DNA from: Candidatus Thorarchaeota archaeon
Lineage (GTDB): Archaea > Asgardarchaeota > Thorarchaeia > Thorarchaeales > Thorarchaeaceae
Direction of reading: 5' to 3'
Assembly: GCA_016840855.1 (NCBI GenBank)
Contig: JAEORO010000056.1
Location: forward strand, 74-64,073
DNA length: 64,000 nt
Positions 47,850 to 56,277 of this stretch are shown here, piece by piece. Every line of letters starts with the position of its first letter. Position 1 is the stretch's first letter. The notes under the pieces are model-generated. The model did not search any database, was not told where the DNA came from, and saw nothing but the letters and a program-made list of their open reading frames with translations. A program made the translations under genes and the position numbers.

Positions 47850-48095
47850 AGAGGACTTTTTGAAACGTCGAGCAGCCTGTTAATCTTAGATATGACTGTT
47901 TGCATAGGTAACTGAGGTTTTTCCTAAATTACATATTTGACTAATTCTTGTTTTACACATGAATGCAGAAAATATTGCTCATTTTCAATAGTTTGTAGCG
48001 AATGTTAAGCCAAACTTATTCAGCTTTTCTTTTTTTATAATAGGCGCGTGATTTTTCCTCCTTTTTCCTATACCACGGAATTTATATTATGAATG

Positions 48096-48112
48096 ACGTA
48101 ATACTATTACGT
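48096..48112. promoter_or_regulatory. 7-3-7 perfect palindrome just downstream of a TATA-like box, upstream of the RHH gene
   Basis: ACGTAAT-act-ATTACGT at 48096-48112, with TTTATATTAT at 48081-48090. The RHH gene starts at 48172. Confidence 0.35.
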
Positions 48113-48171
48113 GAAAAACAAATATAAGCATCTATGCTGTATGTTTACATGAAAAGTTTGAGGTTAAAGAG

Positions 48172-48504
48172 ATGTCAGATAATAAGAAATCAACTAGCCT
48201 TGATAGCGTACAATTAAGTCTTAGAGAACAACTTCTTGGTCGATTGTCAGATGACGACCTCAGTTCCAAGAAAAGAGAAGTTTCAGTCATGACCAGGATG
48301 AGTGGTGATATCGTCGAAATCCTTGATGCATTAGTAGAGCTTGAAATTTTTAAGAGCCGATCCGAGGCTGTTTCTGCATTCGTTGAACAAGCTATATCCG
48401 CACGTATCGAACTTTTTGAAGAGATTAAGACTCAAGCCACTGATATTCGGAAACTGCGTGACTCTGCCAAGAGACATGCATTTGAAGCATTTCAAGAAAA
48501 ATAA
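48172..48504 (+). CDS. ribbon-helix-helix (CopG/Arc/MetJ-like) DNA-binding protein
   Basis: REVSVMTRMSGDIVEILDALVELEIFKSRSEAVSAFVEQAI fits a beta-strand plus two-helix RHH pattern. Confidence 0.6.
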   Translation: MSDNKKSTSLDSVQLSLREQLLGRLSDDDLSSKKREVSVMTRMSGDIVEILDALVELEIFKSRSEAVSAFVEQAISARIELFEEIKTQATDIRKLRDSAKRHAFEAFQEK

Positions 48505-48604
48505 ATCAGAGTTCTCCTTCTTTCGTTATTTTTCTGGGGTGAGTCTAACTCGTAGACCATGATGTCACTCTATTAGTTCATTCAATAAATCTCCGCAATG
48601 AATC

Positions 48605-49093
48605 TCAATGTATCGCATATGCTACATTTTTGAAGTCAATGTGTGCGACAGCATCTTTGTAATCTAGACTTCTCACGGTACCGGGGTCAAGACGGAAGTC
48701 AATGTGTGCGACAGCATCTTTGTAATCTGGGCTTCTCACAGTACCGGGATCAAGACGGAAGTCGATCATTGCAACAGCATCTTTGTAATCTGGGCTTCTC
48801 ACAGTACCGGGGTCAAGACGGAAGTCGATCCTTGCCACAGTTTCCCTGTAGTCAACTCGTGCAACCGTATCTCTGTGATTGATTATTCGGACTTCGCCAG
48901 GATCAAGCCGCCAAGCTATAACGAAAGCAGTCTGCGCGGTGTTCCCCTCATTGAAGTAACTATCTGATGTTACGTCCATTGTATTGTTCATACTCATCCA
49001 AGCAACTGCAATCATCGATCCAAAAGCAGCCAGTGATAAGACGAACAAGACTCCACAAGCAAATACAACCCTATGGGCTTTTTGGTTAAACAT
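48605..49093 (-). CDS. N-terminally membrane-anchored protein made of 21-aa tandem repeats
   Basis: One N-terminal TM helix, then ~5 repeats of the form RLDPGTVRSPDYKDAVAHIDF. Three are nearly identical and two are degenerate. Confidence 0.6.
   Translation of the reverse strand: MFNQKAHRVVFACGVLFVLSLAAFGSMIAVAWMSMNNTMDVTSDSYFNEGNTAQTAFVIAWRLDPGEVRIINHRDTVARVDYRETVARIDFRLDPGTVRSPDYKDAVAMIDFRLDPGTVRSPDYKDAVAHIDFRLDPGTVRSLDYKDAVAHIDFKNVAYAIH
48632..48883. repeat. 63-bp tandem repeat: three near-identical units plus at least one degenerate unit (coding)
   Basis: Units start at 48632, 48695, 48758 and 48821, each beginning GAAGTC(A/G)AT. The period is exactly 63 nt. Confidence 0.9.
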
Positions 49094-49280
49094 TCTCTAT
49101 CTCCTCTTTCTTTTTTTTCAGTGTTGAGATTCAAGGAAGTGTCATCACGAAGTTGGCTCATACCGCAAATTGCTGATCAGAGACCATTATTGACTTCTTG
49201 AATCCTTGAAACACTTGAAATAGTAATACATGTAACATGTAATATACTTTTTGGTATTAGTATACACAATCGAAAGATAT

Positions 49281-49290
49281 ATTACGTAAT
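49281..49290. promoter_or_regulatory. ATTACGTAAT perfect palindrome upstream of the repeat-protein gene
   Basis: It has the same ATTACGT half-site as the palindrome at 48096-48112. TACATGTA-type palindromes lie nearby at ~49227-49245. Confidence 0.3.
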
Positions 49291-49397
49291 AATGTTACAA
49301 TAAGAGAGAAGTCCCCCGAACATGAAGATCGGATTAGTTCTCCTTCTTTCTGTTCTCAACGGGGTGGTCGGGGGATTTCGAAATTATTTTTAACAAA

Positions 49398-51203
49398 TTA
49401 ATTAGAAAGCCTGCGTAGTTTGACAAGGTCATCAGTCAACTCAGAATATCCAATACTCTGAGCTTTTTTATCCCAGTAGATACAGATTGTTCTTTGTCTT
49501 TTGTCGAGTTGTTTCAAATCAAAGTCAAGTCCTATGATTTTTCTCATGAGATGCAATGGGTGATACCATACTTCAATGAATTCCGAGTAATCCGGTTTGT
49601 TTCTCACGACCTCAACATTCGCCAACTCTGCTTTGACAATCGATTCGTATTGAAGCTTTGAATCATCATCCTCGAACAGCTTGATGATAATCTTTTGAAT
49701 TGACTTCATAGTTTCTCTGTAATCCATTTTTGGCCAACTTGCCTGAGGGAGTTCAATCTCGTCGATACTCTCAATCAAAGTTCTTGGTATTTCGTTACCG
49801 AGTATAGAATATGCGAATTGCATACTTGATTTTGAAAAATCATTAACAGCTTGTCCCAAGAAAACTTGTTTCAATATGCTTTGCCGCGGAAGAGTTTGGT
49901 TATTGATATAATAGTAGGTAGGAAAAATCTGTGGATGATTCTTGATCATGTCACGAAGCTCTCTCCAATGAATAGGAGGAAAGTCTGAATGACCTGGTCC
50001 ACCATAGTTATCGTAAACTAGGTTGTTCTTCATTTTATTGAAAAGCTTTGACCCAGGTTCCGGTACTAGTGAATGAATCTGTGTCTTGACCCTTAGCAGA
50101 TGGATTGATTTTATTCTAAAAATATAATCCCAAAGTGCAATTAGGTCATCATCTGTTTCCTCAGGGAATCCAATAATGAAAGACAGTATTAATGTATAAC
50201 CAAGTTCAACTGCGGCTTTTACGGTTTCATCGAGTTTTGTTAGGTCGAGTCGTTTGTTGATTATCTCTTGCATTCTCTCTGTTACAGTTTCTATTCCAAG
50301 GTAAATCCTGTCGCATCCAGCTTCTTTCATTCTACTCAGTATTTCATTATCCAATGAGTCTAATCGTGCACTACAACCCCATTTGATTGGAGTGCCTAGC
50401 TCCGGCAAGGCATCGCATAGTGAAATAATGTATTTCCTGTTGAACGTCAACAGGTCATGATTCATTTTTATTCTTCTTTTATCTCCAAATTTCTCTTTGA
50501 CCAGCTTGATTTCAGAAAGAATACGGTCTACTGATTTCACTCTAAATTTTCTCTTGAAGTAACTTGATGTGGAACAAAAAGTACAAGCAAATGGACATCC
50601 TCTCCCCATCTCAATTGACACCGACTCTTCAAAATCAACATCCTCACTACAAATCCTGTAGTCAGGAATAGGAAGACTATCCAAGTCATCAATTGGATCT
50701 GACCATCCATTATCACGAATCTGATTACCCTCTCTGCAAACAACTCCCTTGATTTGGCTTATCGATTCATTGCTCTGAATCTGTACAATCAGCTTGGGAA
50801 ATGATACATCAGCTTCGCCACGTATAATGATATCAATCTGCTTGAAGGACTTCAAAATCTCCCTAGCACTGAAAGAAGCTCCAGGTCCTCCGAGGATTGT
50901 AACGACATCAGGCTGCAACTCCTTTATTCTACGGCATATCTCCAACGCGACTACAATATTGTTGGACATTGTTGATAGACCCACAATCTTTGGATTTGTG
51001 GATATGATTGCATCAGTCATTTTATCCAAGGCATCATTGTAATCCTGATTTTCTCCAACATTTAGATTTGATAGATCTAACACTTCGACATCTATTGACT
51101 TTAGACCAAGTGCAGATGATAATGCAAGAATGCCTAGACATCTGAAAAGCGGAATTTTAGTTTCCATTGACAATTGGTGTATAGCAATCAATGTTACTTT
51201 CAA
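49398..51203 (-). CDS. B12-binding-domain (class B) radical SAM enzyme with an ~200-aa C-terminal extension
   Basis: N-terminal cobalamin-binding-like region (IVGLSTMSNN...ILGGPGAS). Radical SAM cluster motif CPFACTFC. No Cys-rich SPASM-like tail. Apparent TTG start (MKVTLIA). Confidence 0.85.
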   Translation of the reverse strand: MKVTLIAIHQLSMETKIPLFRCLGILALSSALGLKSIDVEVLDLSNLNVGENQDYNDALDKMTDAIISTNPKIVGLSTMSNNIVVALEICRRIKELQPDVVTILGGPGASFSAREILKSFKQIDIIIRGEADVSFPKLIVQIQSNESISQIKGVVCREGNQIRDNGWSDPIDDLDSLPIPDYRICSEDVDFEESVSIEMGRGCPFACTFCSTSSYFKRKFRVKSVDRILSEIKLVKEKFGDKRRIKMNHDLLTFNRKYIISLCDALPELGTPIKWGCSARLDSLDNEILSRMKEAGCDRIYLGIETVTERMQEIINKRLDLTKLDETVKAAVELGYTLILSFIIGFPEETDDDLIALWDYIFRIKSIHLLRVKTQIHSLVPEPGSKLFNKMKNNLVYDNYGGPGHSDFPPIHWRELRDMIKNHPQIFPTYYYINNQTLPRQSILKQVFLGQAVNDFSKSSMQFAYSILGNEIPRTLIESIDEIELPQASWPKMDYRETMKSIQKIIIKLFEDDDSKLQYESIVKAELANVEVVRNKPDYSEFIEVWYHPLHLMRKIIGLDFDLKQLDKRQRTICIYWDKKAQSIGYSELTDDLVKLRRLSN

Positions 51204-51291
51204 CGAAATCGACTCACTTCCTGTCTGTTTACACTCAAAATAAATGCAAACAGTGATGTCCTAATTGTTTCCATTGTAACTCAAATGATTA

Positions 51292-51543
51292 TCAATCGGT
51301 TATGAAGAACTGAGATGATGAGTAAGGTAAAAGTTCTGCATCCAAACTGTCCTGGCTGTCTATTATTGCTTGATAATTTAAACCCAGAAAATATTGTTGT
51401 TCTTCAGGAGTAAGATCAAGCCACGCGTCAACATAGAATTCATCATCTATTGCAGCAGCAGGTCCTTTGTCTCTCATTGACTCTAGGAAGGAGCGATCCT
51501 TCAACATCCTTGCTATAATTTTATCCGCATCTATTCTCACCAT
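51292..51543 (-). CDS. 83-aa peptide, candidate RiPP precursor B (NHLP/Nif11-like leader)
   Basis: KIIARMLKDRSFLESMRDKGPAAAI resembles the NHLP leader consensus by eye. It is a paralog of the upstream small ORF, with AAGGAG upstream. Confidence 0.5.
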   Translation of the reverse strand: MVRIDADKIIARMLKDRSFLESMRDKGPAAAIDDEFYVDAWLDLTPEEQQYFLGLNYQAIIDSQDSLDAELLPYSSSQFFITD

Positions 51544-51563
51544 AATATCAACTCAACTCCTTT

Positions 51564-51815
51564 CTATATCCAAGCTGGTGGCTTTCGTGGTTTTTCTTCA
51601 GACTCAATCAAGTCCTTCAAATCTTTGAATTTGATCTTCACATCGGTCTTTCCTATGTTTTTGAGAAAATTCAGTTCATCAGCAGTCATAAATTTGGCAT
51701 CGTACCCGATTGTACCTTTTGCATTTTTTATCAAGTCTGCATAGAACATATCGTCTTTCAACAATCTTCTCATGATTTTTTTAAAGGTTGGAGTCATTCT
51801 TGGGAACGATAGCAT
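51564..51815 (-). CDS. 83-aa peptide, candidate RiPP precursor A (NHLP/Nif11-like leader)
   Basis: KIMRRLLKDDMFYADLIKNAKGT...TADELNFL aligns with precursor B. Start set at the ATG preceded by GAGGGG; the ORF-track start at 51821 is a GTG. Confidence 0.5.
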   Translation of the reverse strand: MLSFPRMTPTFKKIMRRLLKDDMFYADLIKNAKGTIGYDAKFMTADELNFLKNIGKTDVKIKFKDLKDLIESEEKPRKPPAWI

Positions 51816-51903
51816 AAGCACCCCTCATTTTGCCATTCGAAACTAGCATTTTCCATTGTATAGCTTCAATATATGTTGTTTTAATGAGTACATAAGCTCA
51901 AAA

Positions 51904-53469
51904 ATGGATTCGAAAGACTCATCTCTAGGGTATGTCTTTAGCTTACGTTACACGCCACCCATGAGGGGTGCAAACTTGCAGCCATTGGGAACAATCACAA
52001 TGTGTCATAAGTTCATCAATAGTGAAGATAAGGACATCATTGATGAAATTGCATCTTCGTCAGAAACTTATCATGAATTTGTAATTTGTCTTGGAGAGCA
52101 TGTCTGCGTTAATGATATTTCATCTGAATTGGCTCACATCGCAATTATTCATGCATGGGAGCTCAGAGAAACTAAGGTGATTGACAAAATCGCAAGTCAA
52201 TATGGCGAAGAACCCTTTGTGAAACCCTGGACCTATCCTATTCGGACTCGTAGTGATAGGCTATCATGCTCGCATCATATCCAAGATGCTGTGGAACTAG
52301 CAATGTATGATAATCCATCAGATTGGATAAAGATGAATCTCCTATTACTCAAATCATATGCTCTATTGCACACTCCTCAAGGACCTGCTGCGTTGGATGA
52401 GGCTAAGGCATTACTAGCAACATCTTCAGACCTCTCATGCTATAGTCCGTATATCCATCATATTGAATGTCGTTTAATTTACGAGCAGGAAGGGAATCTA
52501 CCTGAAGTAATAAGAATCTGCCAAGAAGGTCTTGAATTAGCTTTAAAGTATGACAACCTCTACCAAGCAGTCTGGTTGTATCGATGGCTTGGTATGTTCA
52601 CTATGAATACAAATCCACATCTAGCCTCACAACATCTTGAAGAAGCATATAATATCGCTAATCAATTAGGAACTCCATTTCACACCGCCCAAGCACTTAC
52701 TGAAATGGGTTGGGTTTCGGTCATACTGGGAGAGTACGACCTTGCAATAGCATTCTATGATGAAGCCCGAACACTCTCAACATCTTTAGATGAGGTCAGT
52801 GATCGTCACGCAGTGACCCTCTCGCATATCTGCTCCGACCTAAACGACGCTCAACAAGCACTTGATTGGGCGCAGTGGGCTCTTGAATGGCATATGAATC
52901 AGGGGTCAGAAGGTGATACTTGGACTCACTCAGCAATGGCACGAGCCCTTACATTGCTTGGTCGATTAGATGAAGCTGCACTACACCTTGACACATCGAG
53001 AGAAATGGCGTTCAGAAGTGGCCAAGAGCGGGAAATTGCCTTCTTCTATCTTGTATCAGGTCTTCATGAAATATTTTCAGGGCAACCCGCAAGCGCGATC
53101 GAAACTCTCAGAAGCGCTTTGGAAATTTGCGAACGTACGAAAACTCAAGAATACATGAATAGAGTATTGCTAGCTCTGGTACGTGGAGAGATTGAATTAT
53201 TCAAACAAAGTGGTGGCGATGAAACCAGCGATACATCTGGCCAATGGATGACATACCTAGAAGACATCGCACGCTCCAAAAAACTTCCGGGAATTCTTAT
53301 TCAACATGCACTTTTAAAAGCCGAATTCCTATTGGCACAAGGAAAAACCAGTGAATCTCGAAAAACTCTGATTGTTGCTCTCGATATACACGATTCACCT
53401 GGAGTTAGATCATTACAAAAGCAAGTATTAACAAAAATCAGAGAGATTGATACAGGAGCAAACACCTAG
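51904..53469 (+). CDS. TPR-repeat protein
   Basis: The C-terminal ~350 aa form repeated helix-pair units (e.g. EEAYNIANQLG..., LAIAFYDEARTL..., ALDWAQWALEW...). Divergent from the peptide/rSAM operon. No HTH seen. Confidence 0.6.
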   Translation: MDSKDSSLGYVFSLRYTPPMRGANLQPLGTITMCHKFINSEDKDIIDEIASSSETYHEFVICLGEHVCVNDISSELAHIAIIHAWELRETKVIDKIASQYGEEPFVKPWTYPIRTRSDRLSCSHHIQDAVELAMYDNPSDWIKMNLLLLKSYALLHTPQGPAALDEAKALLATSSDLSCYSPYIHHIECRLIYEQEGNLPEVIRICQEGLELALKYDNLYQAVWLYRWLGMFTMNTNPHLASQHLEEAYNIANQLGTPFHTAQALTEMGWVSVILGEYDLAIAFYDEARTLSTSLDEVSDRHAVTLSHICSDLNDAQQALDWAQWALEWHMNQGSEGDTWTHSAMARALTLLGRLDEAALHLDTSREMAFRSGQEREIAFFYLVSGLHEIFSGQPASAIETLRSALEICERTKTQEYMNRVLLALVRGEIELFKQSGGDETSDTSGQWMTYLEDIARSKKLPGILIQHALLKAEFLLAQGKTSESRKTLIVALDIHDSPGVRSLQKQVLTKIREIDTGANT

Positions 53470-53614
53470 GAGTTCTCAAGGCCAGAACATTGGTTTTTTT
53501 GAGTAATTTCAGGCAAGTCTTGCCTGCGTCACACAATATTGGGAAGAACTCTCCTCTTTCATTGCGGTCTTATATATTCACACCAACAATAACATGACAT
53601 GGAGGCTTGAATGA

Positions 53615-53953
53615 TTGAGTAAAGTAAAGAGCACGCTTGCGTTTGGAAAAGATTGGAGAGAGATGTTGAACTACTTAGCTGAATCTGAGTGTTTCGTTGA
53701 TGTATACCTTTGTGCCAGCGCTTATGGACACGCAGATGATAGGGATAATATGGTTGGTGAAACTCACGGGGTGAGAATCATCTATGTCGGTGAAGATTAC
53801 TTCATTGTAGGTCCCAGACGTCCGGTTCACTCTTCTGTGATTCCAATGGGATGGATATCGATGATTCGAGTCCGTGATGACGAAGATACCAACCTGATCA
53901 GTCTAGTGGGCGACGATGATGACTCATTAGAAACTCTGAATGATTTTGAATAG
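53615..53953 (+). CDS. hypothetical acidic protein
   Basis: ORF only, with an apparent TTG start. No motif recognised. Confidence 0.3.
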   Translation: MSKVKSTLAFGKDWREMLNYLAESECFVDVYLCASAYGHADDRDNMVGETHGVRIIYVGEDYFIVGPRRPVHSSVIPMGWISMIRVRDDEDTNLISLVGDDDDSLETLNDFE

Positions 53954-53960
53954 TTTCTAA

Positions 53961-54404
53961 CTAATGAAATATGAAGTCGCTTGAGAGGTGTCGCTTCAAT
54001 TGTAATATTCTTTCAAACAGCTTGTGGAAATGTGTCATGGTCGGTTCTTCCAAAATCTCTTCAATTGATGCCCATTTTAACTGACTATGTTCGACGCTCA
54101 GTTTGATATCACCGCTAATGTATCTGCACCAATATGAGATGTATGCCATTGGAAATTCTTTCCCTCCTCTATAGAAGAAGCCTGTTTCGATCGGCATAAT
54201 GATTTCTGTTTCAAGACCTGTTTCTTCGAATATCTCTCGAAGAATCCCGTCGTCAGGACTTTCTTCTTCCTCAAGTCTCCCTGTGATAATTTCCCATGCA
54301 TTAGGAGCGAAATCTTTCGAACCACTCCTCTTAAGAATCAGGAATCTTCCATCCTTCTCAACTGCAGCACCCATTCCTAAGTACATCTTCTTCATTGTTT
54401 CCAC
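53961..54404 (-). CDS. NUDIX hydrolase
   Basis: Nudix box GRLEEEESPDDGILREIFEETGL. Confidence 0.85.
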   Translation of the reverse strand: METMKKMYLGMGAAVEKDGRFLILKRSGSKDFAPNAWEIITGRLEEEESPDDGILREIFEETGLETEIIMPIETGFFYRGGKEFPMAYISYWCRYISGDIKLSVEHSQLKWASIEEILEEPTMTHFHKLFERILQLKRHLSSDFIFH

Positions 54405-54475
54405 ATCTGGTAAGACAATTCATTACACTACTCACTTATATGATTCAACCGATTGCATTAGGGTCGGAATGTAGA

Positions 54476-54994
54476 ATGCCATTCACACCATACCATTTTG
54501 GTCCTGCATTATTAATTGGAGTTCTTCTGTTTCCATTCATCGACTTTTCAACGATGATGATTGCTAGTGTAATTTTAGATTTTGAACCTCTTTCAGTAAT
54601 AATCTTTGATCTACAACTACCACTACATGCTTTCTTCCATACATATGTAGGAGCAACAATTGTGGCTATTATACTCTCAATCGGGATATACCCTTTCAGG
54701 AAATATCTCAATAGGTTTGTATCCCTCTTTGGACTGAAGCAAGAGTCTTCGTTTCAGCATATTATGGCTGCTAGTTTTATAGGTACTTTCTCACATGTAT
54801 TCCTCGACTCATTCCTCTATGTAGAGATGAATCCCCTCTTTCCTATTCTTGGAAACCAATTCTTTGGCCTACTGTCAAGTGGTCTTGTTTATGGTTTCTG
54901 TTTTTCCATGGGATTCATTGGTCTGTTTATCTATCTATTCCGAGTCCTGCTTGGTTTCCGAGTCGCGAAAATTGAAGGTGACACATTTGACTAA
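54476..54994 (+). CDS. membrane-embedded metal-dependent hydrolase-like protein (YdjM-like)
   Basis: Starts MPFTPYHFGPAL, has several TM helices and a conserved HxxLD (SHVFLDSF). It resembles 63528..63998. Confidence 0.45.
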   Translation: MPFTPYHFGPALLIGVLLFPFIDFSTMMIASVILDFEPLSVIIFDLQLPLHAFFHTYVGATIVAIILSIGIYPFRKYLNRFVSLFGLKQESSFQHIMAASFIGTFSHVFLDSFLYVEMNPLFPILGNQFFGLLSSGLVYGFCFSMGFIGLFIYLFRVLLGFRVAKIEGDTFD

Positions 54995-54995
54995 T

Positions 54996-55427
54996 CTATG
55001 GAATGGGGCTTCTTGGTGAACTTTCTCCTCTTCCATGTTCTGGCGGTGGTTTCCAGTCCTCTGAAATCTTTAGATATTCAGCTCTCTCAGCGGCATCATG
55101 TAGTTCCATTACAGTTGCCATATGGTTTCCAACCCCATCTCGAATTGCGTATATATACTCATAGAAGATTCTGCCAATGAAATGCACCCAGCCCTCGTAT
55201 TTTTCTAATTTTCCACTTTTCAACTCACCAATCATTTTAAGCACGCCTGGTTCCGCGCGTTCAGGATGGCATCGCAAGATAGATGAATTGACTCTGTCTT
55301 TGTCTTGCTGTAGTTGTTCAGCTACTTTTCTGTTGAATATTACAATCCTATCATTTTTATCTAACACACAGATTCCAACATTGAGGTTTTCTACAAGTAA
55401 TCTTAATACATCGAGGTTGAATGGCAT
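54996..55427 (-). CDS. PAS-domain protein
   Basis: VGICVLDKNDRIVIFN...RCHPERA...IYAIRDGVGNHMATVMELHD resembles the PAS type found with DUF438/hemerythrin proteins. Confidence 0.55.
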   Translation of the reverse strand: MPFNLDVLRLLVENLNVGICVLDKNDRIVIFNRKVAEQLQQDKDRVNSSILRCHPERAEPGVLKMIGELKSGKLEKYEGWVHFIGRIFYEYIYAIRDGVGNHMATVMELHDAAERAEYLKISEDWKPPPEHGRGESSPRSPIP

Positions 55428-55512
55428 ATGAAAAACTAGCTACAAACGGAATGAAAACCTTACCCATATTGGATACATCTTATTTATTTTTGAGAACAAT
55501 CCTATCGAAAGC

Positions 55513-56226
55513 ATGAACGATTTCTATTCGAGGCTCGCGAGATACTATGACCAGATGTATGCGCATATTGACTATAGAGGAGCTGCTGACCGGCTTCATG
55601 AAATCATTCAGAAGCACAAGCAGTCTTTAGGAAATAAATTGCTAGATGTTGCTTGTGGAACTGGAACTCACATAATGTACCTCAAAGATAGGTATCAAGC
55701 AATGGGCTTTGATATCAGCGAAGAAATGCTAGCAATCGCACGAAACAAGTGTCCTAGTATCACCTTTATGCAAGGTAATATGATTTCCATGGAACTCAAT
55801 CAGACCTTCGATGTGATAACTTGTCTATTTGGATCGATTACGTATCTTACAACGGAAGACGAGCTTCGACTTGCACTCCAAAGTTTTTCGAAACATATTG
55901 CTACTGGTGGAGTTGTTATAATCGAACCACTATTCACAGAAGAAACATATCGTGAAAAGGGAATGGGGCTTAATTGCCTAAACCTACCTGATATCAAAAT
56001 TGCTCGGAGTAATGTCAGTCGAAGAGAAGGAAATATTGTTTATCTCGATTTTCACTTTCTAATATCAACGCGAGAACATGGTACGGCGCACTTTATCGAT
56101 CCAAGTCCCATGGGCGTATTCTCCTTGGATACCTTCAAGAACTTCATGGAAGAGAATGGTTTCTTAGTCAAGATAATTGAACCGGGTTTCGACAAGGAAT
56201 TTCTAATCTTGGGCATAAAAGAATAG
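55513..56226 (+). CDS. class I SAM-dependent methyltransferase
   Basis: Motif I LLDVACGTGTH, with GFDISEEML and GGVVIIE downstream. Confidence 0.8.
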   Translation: MNDFYSRLARYYDQMYAHIDYRGAADRLHEIIQKHKQSLGNKLLDVACGTGTHIMYLKDRYQAMGFDISEEMLAIARNKCPSITFMQGNMISMELNQTFDVITCLFGSITYLTTEDELRLALQSFSKHIATGGVVIIEPLFTEETYREKGMGLNCLNLPDIKIARSNVSRREGNIVYLDFHFLISTREHGTAHFIDPSPMGVFSLDTFKNFMEENGFLVKIIEPGFDKEFLILGIKE

Positions 56227-56277
56227 ATGACATCCTATCCTTTCCTCTTTCCACTAATTGATTAATGTTAAAGTGAA

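Noticed and set aside
48632-48883. Regularly spaced 63-bp repeats that look like a CRISPR array at first glance
   Set aside because: The units are contiguous with no spacers. The period is a multiple of 3, and the units lie in frame inside a long ORF encoding a 21-aa protein repeat. No cas genes are nearby.
48643-48967. Plus-strand ORFs 48643..48882 and 48704..48967 across the tandem repeats
   Set aside because: They are repeat-generated antisense frames. The minus-strand frame has a start context, a TM anchor and a consistent repeat phase.
49361-49386. TTCGAAATCCCCCGACCACC (minus strand) resembling a tRNA T-arm/acceptor end
   Set aside because: No complementary 5' T-stem, anticodon arm or D-arm could be built, and the upstream sequence is AT-rich.
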